Source: an uncultured Actinomycetes bacterium
Lineage (GTDB): Bacteria; Actinomycetota; UBA4738; HRBIN12
Direction of reading: 5' to 3'
NCBI GenBank assembly: GCA_963727185.1
Contig: CAVSFP010000016.1
Span: 16,032 to 80,031, forward strand
Length of the DNA: 64,000 bases
Every line of letters begins with the position of its first letter. The stretch's first letter is position 1. The position numbers were made by a program, and so were the translations under genes. This document shows positions 1-11,790 of this stretch, piece after piece. Below the pieces are notes generated by a model. It did not search any database. It was not told where the DNA came from and saw only the letters and a program-made list of their open reading frames with translations.

Positions 1-2
1 GC

Positions 3-596
3 AACCCGTCGTGGTCCCAGGACGGCTCGCGGATCGCTTTCGACCGTTGCTGCACCGCCGGGAGCGCGGACATCTGGACGATGAACGCCGACGGTTCCGC
101 AGAGACCGACCTGACGCCCGGCCCGGACGACGAGACGGATCCGTCCTGGTCGCCGGACGGCGCGCAGATCGCTTTCGTTGGGTTCCCCGCGGGTGGCGGC
201 AGCCGCGATATCTTCACCGTGACCTCGGACGGGCTCGCGAAGGTGCAACTGACGACGACTCCACGATCGGACTTCGCGCCGGATTGGCAGCCGGTTCCGA
301 TCTGCACGGTCAGCGGCACGTCGGGACCCGACGTGTTGACCGGCACGGATGCGAACGACGTGATCTGCGGGCGGGGCGGCGACGATACGATCGACGGTGG
401 GCTCGGGAACGACCTGGTGATCGGCGGGCCTGGGAACGACGTCTTGAGCGGCGGCGACGGCAACGACATGCTCGACGGAGGACCGGGCAACGACACGTTG
501 TCGGGTGGTACGGGGTTCGACTCGTTGAACGGCGGGCCCGGCACCGACGTCTGCTCCGTGGACGAGGACGGCGGGTTCATCCTGCGATGCCCATGA
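3..596 (+). CDS. 5'-truncated secreted-type protein: TolB/PD40-like repeats plus RTX-type Ca-binding glycine repeats
   Basis: Frame open from window edge; [12 protein letters not shown] and [12 protein letters not shown] repeats, then GGxGxDxL nonapeptides. Confidence 0.85.
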   Translation, partial: NPSWSQDGSRIAFDRCCTAGSADIWTMNADGSAETDLTPGPDDETDPSWSPDGAQIAFVGFPAGGGSRDIFTVTSDGLAKVQLTTTPRSDFAPDWQPVPICTVSGTSGPDVLTGTDANDVICGRGGDDTIDGGLGNDLVIGGPGNDVLSGGDGNDMLDGGPGNDTLSGGTGFDSLNGGPGTDVCSVDEDGGFILRCP

Positions 597-1054
597 AGGC
601 CGCGGCGATCGCACTCGTGATGTCTGTCGTACTCGCCGCGTGCTCGGGGTCGGGCTCGGACGCGACAAGTCCGTCTTCGCCTCCGACGACCGTGCCGTCG
701 ACGCCAAGCCCGGTGGAGAAGCCCACCCTGAGCCCGTCGGGGTTCTGTGCCGACCGCAGCGTCGTCGGCGATCTCTACCACGAGATCCGCGCCGGGACGG
801 CACCGTATCGACAGCTGGCGGCTTCCACTGCCGCGGTTGGCAAGCTGATGCGGGCCAACGCCGACCTCGCGTCGAACGATCTCGGTGCGCGGAAGATGCG
901 GCAGTTCGCGCTGTACCTCAACACGCTCCGGCTGGCGATCCTGGGCGCCGTCGTCAACTATCCGGACGACTACGCGGTCAAACAGTTCACGAACGGGCTC
1001 GTTGCGCGGGTGGCGGATATCGCGACCACGCTCAACTGCCCACCGCCGTCCTAG
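593..1054 (+). CDS. Hypothetical lipoprotein
   Basis: ATGA overlap with upstream stop; signal peptide with lipobox LAAC; S/T/P linker. Confidence 0.75.
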   Translation: MKAAAIALVMSVVLAACSGSGSDATSPSSPPTTVPSTPSPVEKPTLSPSGFCADRSVVGDLYHEIRAGTAPYRQLAASTAAVGKLMRANADLASNDLGARKMRQFALYLNTLRLAILGAVVNYPDDYAVKQFTNGLVARVADIATTLNCPPPS

Positions 1055-1131
1055 CCATTGCCGCTAGGTACACTGGGTGAGCGTCTCCGCCCGGCGGCGC
1101 GCTCCGATCCCCGATCGAAAGCAGCCTGCCC

Positions 1132-2964
<1,833 letters not shown>

Positions 2965-3047
2965 CCTCCTCGAGGTCCCACACGCATCGGGCCGGTCGGC
3001 ACCACCCACTCCTCCGTTCGCGCAGGACGATACCGACGGAGGAGGCG

Positions 3048-3536
3048 ATGACGATGATGATGACTTCGACGGCGACGTACCAGATCGTGAGCCGCGAGGT
3101 GCCGACGCAACGCGTCGCGACCATGCGTGAGCATGTTCCTGCCGCCGCGATCGGCCAGGCGTTCGGCGAAGGGCTCGCCGAGGTCACGCGAGCCACGGAA
3201 CTGGCCGGCGCCGAGATCGATGGCCTGCCGTTCGCCATCTACCACCGGATGGACCCCCAAGAGGTCGACGTGGAGATCGGGTTCCCCATCCTGGGACAGG
3301 TCGAGGAAGGGCGGGTGCACACCACCACCCTGGAGGGCGGTCACGTCGTGTGCACCGTCCACATGGGCCCGTACGAGGAGGTTGGCCGCGCGTACGACGC
3401 TCTCACCCGCTGGGTGGATCTGCATGGTGAGCGGGTCGTCGGGCCGTCCCGCGAGGTGTACCTGAACGAGCCGGTGGCGGGCGTGGTGCCCCTGACCGAG
3501 GTGCAGATGCCGATCGAGTCGCATCACTCGCGCTAG
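3048..3536 (+). CDS. GyrI-like small-molecule-binding protein
   Basis: GGAGG RBS; VHMGPYEEVGRAY and SREVYLNEP motifs. Confidence 0.85.
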   Translation: MTMMMTSTATYQIVSREVPTQRVATMREHVPAAAIGQAFGEGLAEVTRATELAGAEIDGLPFAIYHRMDPQEVDVEIGFPILGQVEEGRVHTTTLEGGHVVCTVHMGPYEEVGRAYDALTRWVDLHGERVVGPSREVYLNEPVAGVVPLTEVQMPIESHHSR

Positions 3537-3572
3537 ATAGCGTCCGGTCGATGCGTCGTTAGGATGGGGCGC

Positions 3573-4727
3573 ATGTCTCATCCTGGAGGGCGCGGTCGGC
3601 TGATCGTGCACGCCGCGCTCGCTGCTCTGATCGTGCTGGTGGGGACGCTGACCGTCGCGGCGCCGCCTGCGTTCAGTCTCCCTCGCGGGAACGTGCGGAT
3701 CCTGGCCCCCGGGGTCGCGCTCACGACCTACGTCGACCGGCGCGTGCCGATCCGGGCATACGTGCTGACGATCGATCCGTCCCAGGGAGCCTCGGTGGGC
3801 GCCGTCCTCGCGAACGGGGGTCTCGGACACGTGGAACGGACGAGCGCCATGGCGGAAGGGTCCGGCGCGATCGCCGCGGTGAACGGCGACTTCGGCTCCA
3901 TCGCTCTCCCTCGCCCCATCCACCCGTTCGCCACCGGCGGCGAGCTCGTGCAGACGTCCACCGTGCTCGGCGCGATGTTCTCCGTGTCGTCGGACGGCTC
4001 GATGCGGATCGGGACTCCGACCCAGAGCGTGACGATGACGGAGGTCGACACGGGCGAGACGTGGCCGATCGCCTCGTGGAACCACGGCCGGCCGACCGCG
4101 GGCGAGCTGGCGGCATTCACCTCGGCGGGCGGGACGCTCGAGCGACCGAGCCCGTTCACCTGTTCCGCTCGGCTCTTGCCCTCGGGTCCGGGAGCGCCGA
4201 ACGCCGACGGCAACACCAGGACCTACCAGGTCGATCAGGCCGCATGCACGTCCGCGTCCATGGATCCCGGGCAGGGTGTCGTCATCTCGGCGCTGCCGGG
4301 CACGGATGAGGCCACGTTCGTTCGGTCCCTGTCCTCGGGCGAGTCGATCCAGATCGACTGGTCGCTCGGCTGGCCGGGCGTGGTGGACGCGGTCGGCGGA
4401 GATCGCATGCTGGTGAACGGCGGACAAGTGGTGCTGGGCTCGTGCACAGGCGCTGTCTGCTCCCGCAACCCGCGCACATCGATCGGACTCACGGCCGACG
4501 GTCGGGTGTTGCTGGTCGTCGTCGACGGTCGGCAGTCCACGTCCGTGGGGATGTCGCTGCTGGAGCTCGCGCAATTCATGGCGGCGCGGCTGGGCGCGGA
4601 GAGTGCGATCAACCTCGACGGCGGGGGTTCGACGACGCTGGTGGTCAAGGGCCGGGTCGTGAACCAGCCGTCGGACGGGTTCGAACGCTCGCTCACCAGC
4701 GCGGTGGTCGTGCACGCCCCGAGGTAG
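3573..4727 (+). CDS. Secreted phosphodiester glycosidase (NAGPA family)
   Basis: Signal peptide; AAVNGDF, NPRTSIG, VVVDGRQ, NLDGGGST. Confidence 0.9.
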   Translation: MSHPGGRGRLIVHAALAALIVLVGTLTVAAPPAFSLPRGNVRILAPGVALTTYVDRRVPIRAYVLTIDPSQGASVGAVLANGGLGHVERTSAMAEGSGAIAAVNGDFGSIALPRPIHPFATGGELVQTSTVLGAMFSVSSDGSMRIGTPTQSVTMTEVDTGETWPIASWNHGRPTAGELAAFTSAGGTLERPSPFTCSARLLPSGPGAPNADGNTRTYQVDQAACTSASMDPGQGVVISALPGTDEATFVRSLSSGESIQIDWSLGWPGVVDAVGGDRMLVNGGQVVLGSCTGAVCSRNPRTSIGLTADGRVLLVVVDGRQSTSVGMSLLELAQFMAARLGAESAINLDGGGSTTLVVKGRVVNQPSDGFERSLTSAVVVHAPR

Positions 4728-4737
4728 CACCGCTGCC

Positions 4738-5454
4738 ATGGGAGGTCGTTTGACGCCGGTGCCGGAGCTGGAGGCTCGGTATTACCGCAACCACGTCGAT
4801 GACCACCACGTCTTCGATGCGACGGTCCGGAGCTACCTTCGGCCGGGCATGACCATCCTCGATGCCGGCGCCGGCCGAGGGCTGCGCTACCCCTACGACT
4901 ACGGTGCGATCGTCGAGCACGTCGTCGGCGTCGACACCGATCCGGAGGTCGCGCACAACCCCAACGTCGACCGAGCGGTCGTTGCCGACCTCTCGCGGCT
5001 CCCGTTCGCCGGCGCCACGTTCGATCTGGTGTTCTCCAAGTACGTCGTCGAGCACCTGACTCGGCCGCTGACGACGTTCCGCGAGCTCCGTCGCGTGATG
5101 CGACCCGGCGCCCACCTGGTATTCCACACGCCCAACCGGTTCCACTACGTGGCGGTGGGGGCGATGGTCACTCCCACCAGGTTCCACGTGTGGTTCAACG
5201 CGCGACGGGGCCGGGTGGAGGAGGACACGTTCCCCACGCGATACCGAGCCAACGACCGGAGGCGGCTGCGACAGCTCGCGTCGGATTCGGGGTTCCGCGT
5301 GACGGCGCTCGAGTTGATCGAGCCGAAGCCCGACTATCTCTCCTTCCATCCGTTCGCGTATCGCGCGGGGGTCGTCTACGAGCGCGTCGTGAATCGCAGC
5401 CCTCGGCTCGTCGACCTCCGCTGCGTGATCGTCGCGGACCTCGAAGCTGTCTGA
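4738..5454 (+). CDS. Class I SAM-dependent methyltransferase
   Basis: ILDAGAGRG motif I; LPF..FDLV, VVEHL, RPGAHL; start uncertain. Confidence 0.85.
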   Translation: MGGRLTPVPELEARYYRNHVDDHHVFDATVRSYLRPGMTILDAGAGRGLRYPYDYGAIVEHVVGVDTDPEVAHNPNVDRAVVADLSRLPFAGATFDLVFSKYVVEHLTRPLTTFRELRRVMRPGAHLVFHTPNRFHYVAVGAMVTPTRFHVWFNARRGRVEEDTFPTRYRANDRRRLRQLASDSGFRVTALELIEPKPDYLSFHPFAYRAGVVYERVVNRSPRLVDLRCVIVADLEAV

Positions 5455-5477
5455 CGGATCCGGCGGATCGTATACGC

Positions 5478-5510
5478 AAGGAGCGGCCCCCTTTCGGGGC
5501 CGCTCCTTTC
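5478..5510. terminator. Bidirectional intrinsic terminator
   Basis: 13-bp stem AAGGAGCGGCCCC/GGGGCCGCTCCTT between convergent genes. Confidence 0.85.
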
Positions 5511-5534
5511 GGTTCAACGTCGATCGTTCAGACG

Positions 5535-6669
5535 TCAGTGATGCGAGTGATGCACGGTCGGCGACGTGTCTGCGACGCAGACGTCGTTCCCGCCGTTCAG
5601 CGTCTTCTTCTGGACCATGGCGCGGTACTTGCCGCTCTTGTCTTCGATGTTCTTGGAGTACTTGCCATTGCCGGAGGTCTTATCCGACCCGACCGTCTTC
5701 CAGGTCCCATTCTTCATGAGCTGGATCTTGACGGTGACGCCGGACCGACAGGCATTGAACCCATCGTTGACCTTGACGGTGCCACTCGCGGTGAGTTGCC
5801 CCTTGAGCTTGAGGGTCACCGAACGGCTGTGCTTCGTGACCGTCGTCACCGTGAAGTCGGTGAGGCTGGTCGCCGTCCCACCCGGTGTCGTGACCGTGAT
5901 CTTGCCGGTCGTCGCACCCGACGGAACAGTCGCGGTCACTGAGGTGGCCGTGCTCGTGGTGAACGTCGCTGTGATCCCGTTGAACTTCACGGCAGTTACC
6001 CCGGTGAGGTTCGTGCCGGTGATCGTGACGCTCGTCCCGACGTTACCGCTCGTCGGCGCGAAGGACGTGATGGTCGCTCCAGCAACCACGGTGAAGTTCG
6101 TGGCGCTATTCGCTGGCCCGCCACCGCTGGTCGTGACGTGGATCAGGTTAGTCGTTGCACCGACCGGCACCGTGGCGGTGATCTGTGTGGCCGAGTTCAC
6201 GACGAACGTCGCACCGACCGCACCGAACTGCACCGAAGTGGCGCATCCGAAGTTCGTTCCGGTGATGACGACGCTTGCCCCCGCCGCCCCGCTCGTCGGC
6301 AGAGAACGACGAGATCGTCGGAACGCCTGCGGCAGCGACGATGAAGTTCGCCGTGCTCGCGGTGTCCGTTGCCGGGGTCTCGACAGTGACCGGCCCTGAA
6401 GTGGCGCCCGCAGGGACCGTCGCGGTCACCGAGGTGTCCGAACCGAACACTTCCGTCAAGGACGACGTCCCATTGAACAGGACGTCAGTCATCCCGGTGA
6501 AACCGCTACCGGTGATGGTAACGAGCGTTCCGGCGATACCGCACGCCGGGGTGAACGACGCGATGGTGGAAGCCGACGCGGGCAGCGCCGAAACGAGCAC
6601 CCCTACCACGCCGAGCACGAGCGCCAACGCGGTCGCGCGGGCTGAGATCTTCTTGTTCTGGAACCTCAA
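5535..6669 (-). CDS. Secreted protein with three IPT/TIG domains (frameshift near 6300)
   Basis: TTG start after AAGGGGGGA; signal peptide; repeated ITSFxP..G..VTITG.N/F..V.F..ATVP.GATTG; two ORFs joined. Confidence 0.8.
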
Positions 6670-6860
6670 AGAGGGTTCCCCCCTTCTGGCCACGAGAGTG
6701 TTTCGAGGGGCGCCACGTACCCATCTCCCGACGGCCGTTCGATGGTTTCATTGCGTGGCAACTCCCTACCAGCTTACCGGAGACAGGAGCGGTCCGACCC
6801 TGGCCCTCGGAGCGCCGACCCAGTGTGTGCATGGGGCCGACCTCCCGATATGTTCTGTTC

Positions 6861-7403
6861 ATGGCGATCGTGCGACGTGTCGCGAGCGACGATCTTCGCG
6901 CCGAGGAGATCGCCGCGTTGCGCGACCTGTTCGACGCGGCGTGGAGGAACAAGGACGCCGCGTTCACCGAGCAGGATCTCGCGAACGCGTTCGGGGGCGT
7001 GCACTTCATCCTGGAACAGGAAGGCCGGATCGTGTCGCACGGATCCGTGATCGAGCGTGAGCTGCATACGGCCGATCTCCGATTGACGACGGGGTACGTC
7101 GAGGCGGTGGCCACGCTTCCGAGCCGCCAGGGACGCGGTCACGCCTCCACGGTGATGCGCGCGATCGCCGAGCACATCGACCGGACGTTCCAGCTCGGGG
7201 CGCTCGACACGGGCATCCCCGGCTTCTACGAACCGCTGGGGTGGTTCGTGTGGAAGGGACCGACGTTCGTCCGGATGGACCGCGGGCCCGAGCGCACCCC
7301 CGACGAGGACGGCAGCGTGCTCGTTCGGCGCACACCGACCACGCCCGACATCGACCCGACCGAGCCGCTCAGCTGCGACTGGCGTCCCGGCGACGTGTGG
7401 TGA
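6861..7403 (+). CDS. aac(2')-I: Aminoglycoside 2'-N-acetyltransferase family GNAT
   Basis: GGVHF, GYVEAVA, FQLGAL, GW..WKGPT, RTPDEDG and C-terminal CDWRPGDVW match mycobacterial AAC(2')-I. Confidence 0.85.
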   Translation: MAIVRRVASDDLRAEEIAALRDLFDAAWRNKDAAFTEQDLANAFGGVHFILEQEGRIVSHGSVIERELHTADLRLTTGYVEAVATLPSRQGRGHASTVMRAIAEHIDRTFQLGALDTGIPGFYEPLGWFVWKGPTFVRMDRGPERTPDEDGSVLVRRTPTTPDIDPTEPLSCDWRPGDVW

Positions 7404-7409
7404 GTCGGC

Positions 7410-8286
7410 CTAGATCTCCTTCAGCACGCGCAACACGGTGTCGCCGATGTCGGCTGGGTTGCGGACGGTGTGATGGCCCATCGCCTCGATCGCGTCGAGC
7501 TTCGCCGTCGCCGTGTCGCTCTCGCCGCTGATCACCGCGCCGGCGTGTCCCATGCGGCGGCCGCGCGGCGCCGAGACGCCGGCGATGAACGCCACCAGCG
7601 GCTTGCGACATGTACTGGCGCGACCAGCGCGCCGCCTCGACCTCCTGCTGCCCGCCGATCTCGCCGATCATCACGACCACGTCGGTCTCGTCGTCGTTCT
7701 CGAACTCGTGCAGGACCGTCTTGAAGTCGGTGCCGTTCACCGGGTCGCCGCCGATGCCGACGCACGTGGACTGCCCCAGCCCGAGCTTGGTCATCTGCGA
7801 CACGGCCTCGTAGTTCAGCGTCCCGGAGCGTGAGACGACGCCCGATGCGGCCCTTCGAGTAGATGTGCGACGGCATGATGCCCACCTTGCACTCGCCGGG
7901 CGTGATGATGCCGGGGGAGTTCGGCCCGATGATGCGCGTCGGCGGCCGGCCAGGTAGCCCTTGGTCTTCACCATGTCCTGCACGGGCACGCCGTCGGCGA
8001 TGATGACCGCCACGTAGACGCCGGCCTCCACGGCCTCGAGCAACGAGTCCGTCGCGAGCGCCGGCGGCACGAAGATGCCGGTGACGTCGGCGCCGGTCTC
8101 GTCGACCGCCTCGGCCACGCTGTTGAAGACGGGCAGTCCCAGGTGGGTCGTGCCGCCCTTGCCGGGGGTGACGCCGCCGACGACCTTGGTGCCGAACGAC
8201 ATCGCCTCCTCGGCGTGGAACGTGGCGTGCTGTCCGGTGAAGCCCTGGATGATGACCCGCGAGTCCTTGTCGACGAACACGCTCAT
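7410..8286 (-). CDS. mtkB: Malate-CoA ligase alpha subunit (SucD-like), frameshifted
   Basis: [41 protein letters not shown]; about 3 indels; follows mtkA. Confidence 0.8.
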
Positions 8287-9465
8287 GCCGGCACCTCCTG
8301 CGTCGCTGACCCGCGGCCGCGACGGCCTTGCGCGCCGCGTCGTCCAGGTCCTCGGCCTGGATCAGCGACAGGCCGCTCTCGTCCAGGATCGCGCGGCCCT
8401 CGTCGACGTTGGTGCCGGCCAGGCGAACGATCACGGGGACATCGATCGACTGGTCGCGCGTCGCCTGCACCACGCCCTGCGCGATCCAGTCGCAGCGATT
8501 GATGCCCGCGAAGATGTTCACCAGGATCGCGCGCACGTTCGGGTCCTTGAGCACGATGCGGAACGCGTTCGCGATCTTCTCGGGGCTGGCGCCGCCGCCC
8601 ACGTCCAGGAAGTTCGCGGGGCGGCCGCCGTGGTGCACGATCGCGTCCATCGTCCCCATCGCCAGGCCGGCGCCGTTCACGATGCAGCCCACGGTGCCGT
8701 CGAGCGCGATGTAGTTCAGGCCGTGACCCGAGGCCTCGACCTCCTTGGGGTCCTCCTCGTCGAAGTCACGGAGCTCGACGACGTCGCCCTGCCGGAACAG
8801 CGCGTTGTCGTCGAAGCTCATCTTGCAGTCGAGCGCGACCAGCTCGCCGTCCTCGGTCTCGATGAACGGGTTGATCTCGAGCAGGAGGCAGTCGGTGTCG
8901 CGGAACAGGCGGTAGATGCGCTTGAGCAGGCGCGTGAACGACGTGGTGCGGTTGCCGAGGCCGATCGCGTCGGCGACCTTTCGGCATTGGAAGTCGAGCA
9001 GCCCGACGCCCGGGTCGACGTACTCCGTGTGGATCGCGTCGGGGTCCCGCGCCGCGACGTCCTCGATGTCGACGCCGCCCTCGGCGCTCGCGATGACGAC
9101 GACCCGCTGCGAGTCGCGGTCCACGAAGCAGCGAGAGGTAGAACTCGCGCTCGATCCGCGAGGCGCGCTCGACCAACAGCCGGCTGACGTGCTGCCCTTG
9201 TGCACCGGTCTGGGGCGTCACCAGCGTGGACCCGAGCATCTGGTCGGCGAGCTCGGCCGTCTCTCGGGGCGTGCTCGCGATCCTCACACCGCCGGCCTTG
9301 CCGCGCCCGCCGGCGTGGATCTGCGCCTTGACGACCCACCGGCTCCCGCCTAGGTCCTCGGCGACGCGGGCGGCGGCCTTCGCCGTGTAGACGACCTCGC
9401 CGCGCGGGGTCGGTGATGCGGTAGGACCGCAGCAGCGCCTTCGCTTGGTACTCGTGGATGTTCAT
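8283..9465 (-). CDS. mtkA: Malate-CoA ligase beta subunit (SucC-like), frameshifted
   Basis: [39 protein letters not shown]; [11 protein letters not shown] is Mtk-type, not the SucC-type NIFGGIxRCD. Confidence 0.85.
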
Positions 9466-10431
9466 CGACGCCTCGATCTGGTCGACCTTCGCGATCAGCT
9501 GCTCGGCCATCCGGATCGACGCCGCGTCGATCAGCCGGCCGTCCAGCGAGACCGCGCCCTTGCCGTCCTTCGCCGCCTGCTCCATCGCCTCGAGGATGCG
9601 GCGCGCCTTCTCGACCTCGGCCTCCGACGGCGTGAAGACCTCGTTCGCGAGCGCCACCTGCGAGGGGTGGATCGCCCATTTCCCCTCACACCCCAGCGCG
9701 GCGGCGCGACGCGCCGCCGCGCGGAAGCCCTCCGCGTCCTCGAAGTCTCCGAACGGCCCGTCGATCGGGCGGAGCCCTTCCGCGCGGCAGGCCGCGACCA
9801 TCCGCGAGATGCCGAAGTGCCACTGGTCGCCCCAGTGCAGGGCGCGTGCTCGCCGAGGCGTCGGCGTCGGTCAGCACCGCGTAGTCGGGGTTCGCACCGC
9901 CGATGTTCGTGGTGCGCGCCCGCACGCTCGCCGCGTAGTCCGCCACGCCGAACACCATGGCCTCCAGTCGATCCGGGCGGGCGCGCGAGATCGCCTCGAC
10001 GTTCGCCATGCCCTTCGCGGTCTCGATCAGGATGTGGATGCCGATCCGGCCGGCCGGCCATCCGTTGCGCTGCTCGATCTGATCCAGCAACGTCGCGACG
10101 AACTCCACGTCGGACGGCGAGCCGACCTTGGGGACCAGGACGGTGTCGAGCATGTCGCCCGCCTGCTCCACGACCTCGACGACGTCGCGGTAGCACCAGT
10201 GCGTGTCGAGGCCGTTGACGCGGACGCTCACCGCGCACGCCGGTCCAGTCCTGACCGAGGAGCGCGTCGATCACGTTGGCGCGCGCCTGCTCCTTGTCGT
10301 CGGGCGCGACCGCGTCCTCGAGGTCGAGGAACACGACGTCGGCTCCGAGCGTGGGCGCCTTCGTCCATGGCCCGGACGTTGGTGCCGGGAACGGCGAGCT
10401 CGCTCCGGTGGGGCCGGTCCTTGCGTGCCAT
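9462..10431 (-). CDS. mcl: L-malyl-CoA/beta-methylmalyl-CoA lyase, frameshifted
   Basis: RSELAVPG, FLDLEDAVAP, FGVADYAAS.RARTT.IGG.NPDY, WGDQWH, DGPFGDF, GCEGKWAIHPSQ. Confidence 0.9.
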
Positions 10432-10434
10432 GGC

Positions 10435-11578
10435 CTACCGTGGCAGAACGGCGTCGAACGCGTCGAGGACCCGATCGGCGGTCTCGCGGTTCGCGTTCAC
10501 GCCCATCAGTCCGACGCGCCAGATCGGCGGGGCGGTCGGTCCGAGCCCCCCGCCCACCTCGATGCCGAACTCGCGAAGGATCCGCGTCTGGACCTCCTTG
10601 CCGTCGACGCCGTCGGGCACGTCGATCGCCGAGAGCTCCCAGAGCTGGTGGTCGGGATCGGACAGGAACGTGTAGCCGCGGTCGCGCATCTGCTGCTGGA
10701 AGTACCGGCCGGCGTCCTCGTGCCGCGCCCACCGCGCCTCGAGGCCCTCCTCGAGCGCGAGCCGGATGCCCTCGTACAACGCGTAGTACTGCAGGATCGG
10801 CATCGTGTGGTGGTACGTGATCGGCCGCTCGATCCAGTACTTGCGAGAGCAGCTCGATGTCGAAGAGAACGACACGGCGCCTTGCGCCGCCGCGATCGCA
10901 TCCAGGGCGCGCGGCGAGACGCTGAACGGCGAGAGCCCCGGGGGGCACCCGAGCGACTTCTGCGAACACGAGTAGGCGTAGTCGAGTGCCCCACGCGGCG
11001 GGGGCGACCACCTCGCCGCCGAGCGACGTGACGCAGTCCACCAGCAGGAGCGCACCGTCGGCGCCGCTGTCGGCGATCACCGGCCCGAGATCCTCCACGG
11101 GGAAGCGAACGCCGGTCGAGGTCTCGGCGTGGACCACGCCGACGATCTTCGTGTCGGGGTGCTTCGCGAGCGCGTCGGCCACCTGCTCCAGCGGCACGAT
11201 CTGGCCGAGCGGCGCGGTGAGCTCGACGACGTCGGCGCCGACGCGCTGCGCCATCTCGTCATGCGTGCGCCGAAGAACCCCGCGTGGCAGCACGATCACC
11301 GTGTCGCCGGGCTCGACCAGGTTCAAGAAGCCCGGCCTCCATGCCGGAGGTGCCGCTCGCGCTGAAAGCAGATCGTGAGGCCGTCGCCGCGGCGCCAGAG
11401 CGCCTTCAGCCCCTCCACCAGGTCCAGCAGCAGGTCCCAGAAGTCGGGGTCGAGGTGGCCGTTGATCGGCAGCTGCATGCGCCTCGAGCACCTTGGGATG
11501 CACGTTCGAGGGTCCGGGGCCGCACAGCAGGCGCTCGCCCGGATCGAGCGGCGGGATGCTGGTGACGAGATCGGACAT
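10435..11578 (-). CDS. Class V aminotransferase, serine/alanine-glyoxylate type, frameshifted
   Basis: GPGPSNV, HAETSTG, DCVTSLGG, SCSQKSLGCPPG (PLP Lys), YHHT, IGGGLG-like VGGGLG, WRVGLMG. Confidence 0.9.
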
Positions 11579-11600
11579 GACCTGGCTCCTCCTGGGTGTT

Positions 11601-11683
11601 TGAACGGCCGTTCAGGAGGAGCTGCGAGTATAGGCCACCGCCCCTGACCTGCGATAGTCGGGCGTTCGAACGACCGTTCGAAC
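11601..11683 (-). promoter_or_regulatory. Promoter (-10 TATACT at 11627-11632) flanked by two GAACG-N2-CGTTC palindromes
   Basis: TGAACGGCCGTTCA at 11601-11614 and GTTCGAACGACCGTTCGAAC at 11664-11683. Confidence 0.65.
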
Positions 11684-11790
11684 TCGGCACGCGACCGGGT
11701 ACCTCGCCCCGCCGTGTTCCAGTTCGTGGGACCGCCATCGCACATCGTGGAACAGGGCGTGCGGCAAGCCCCGGACCTCGGCCGGCGCGC

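Noticed and set aside
6700-6830. c-di-GMP-I or -II riboswitch
   Set aside because: Only partial resemblance (GGTAGGGAGTTGCC, CAATGAA); core GNRA/receptor and pseudoknot elements not found.
7410-9465. Ordinary sucCD call
   Set aside because: The AGINRCDW motif and adjacency to mcl favour malate thiokinase; phylogeny is still needed.
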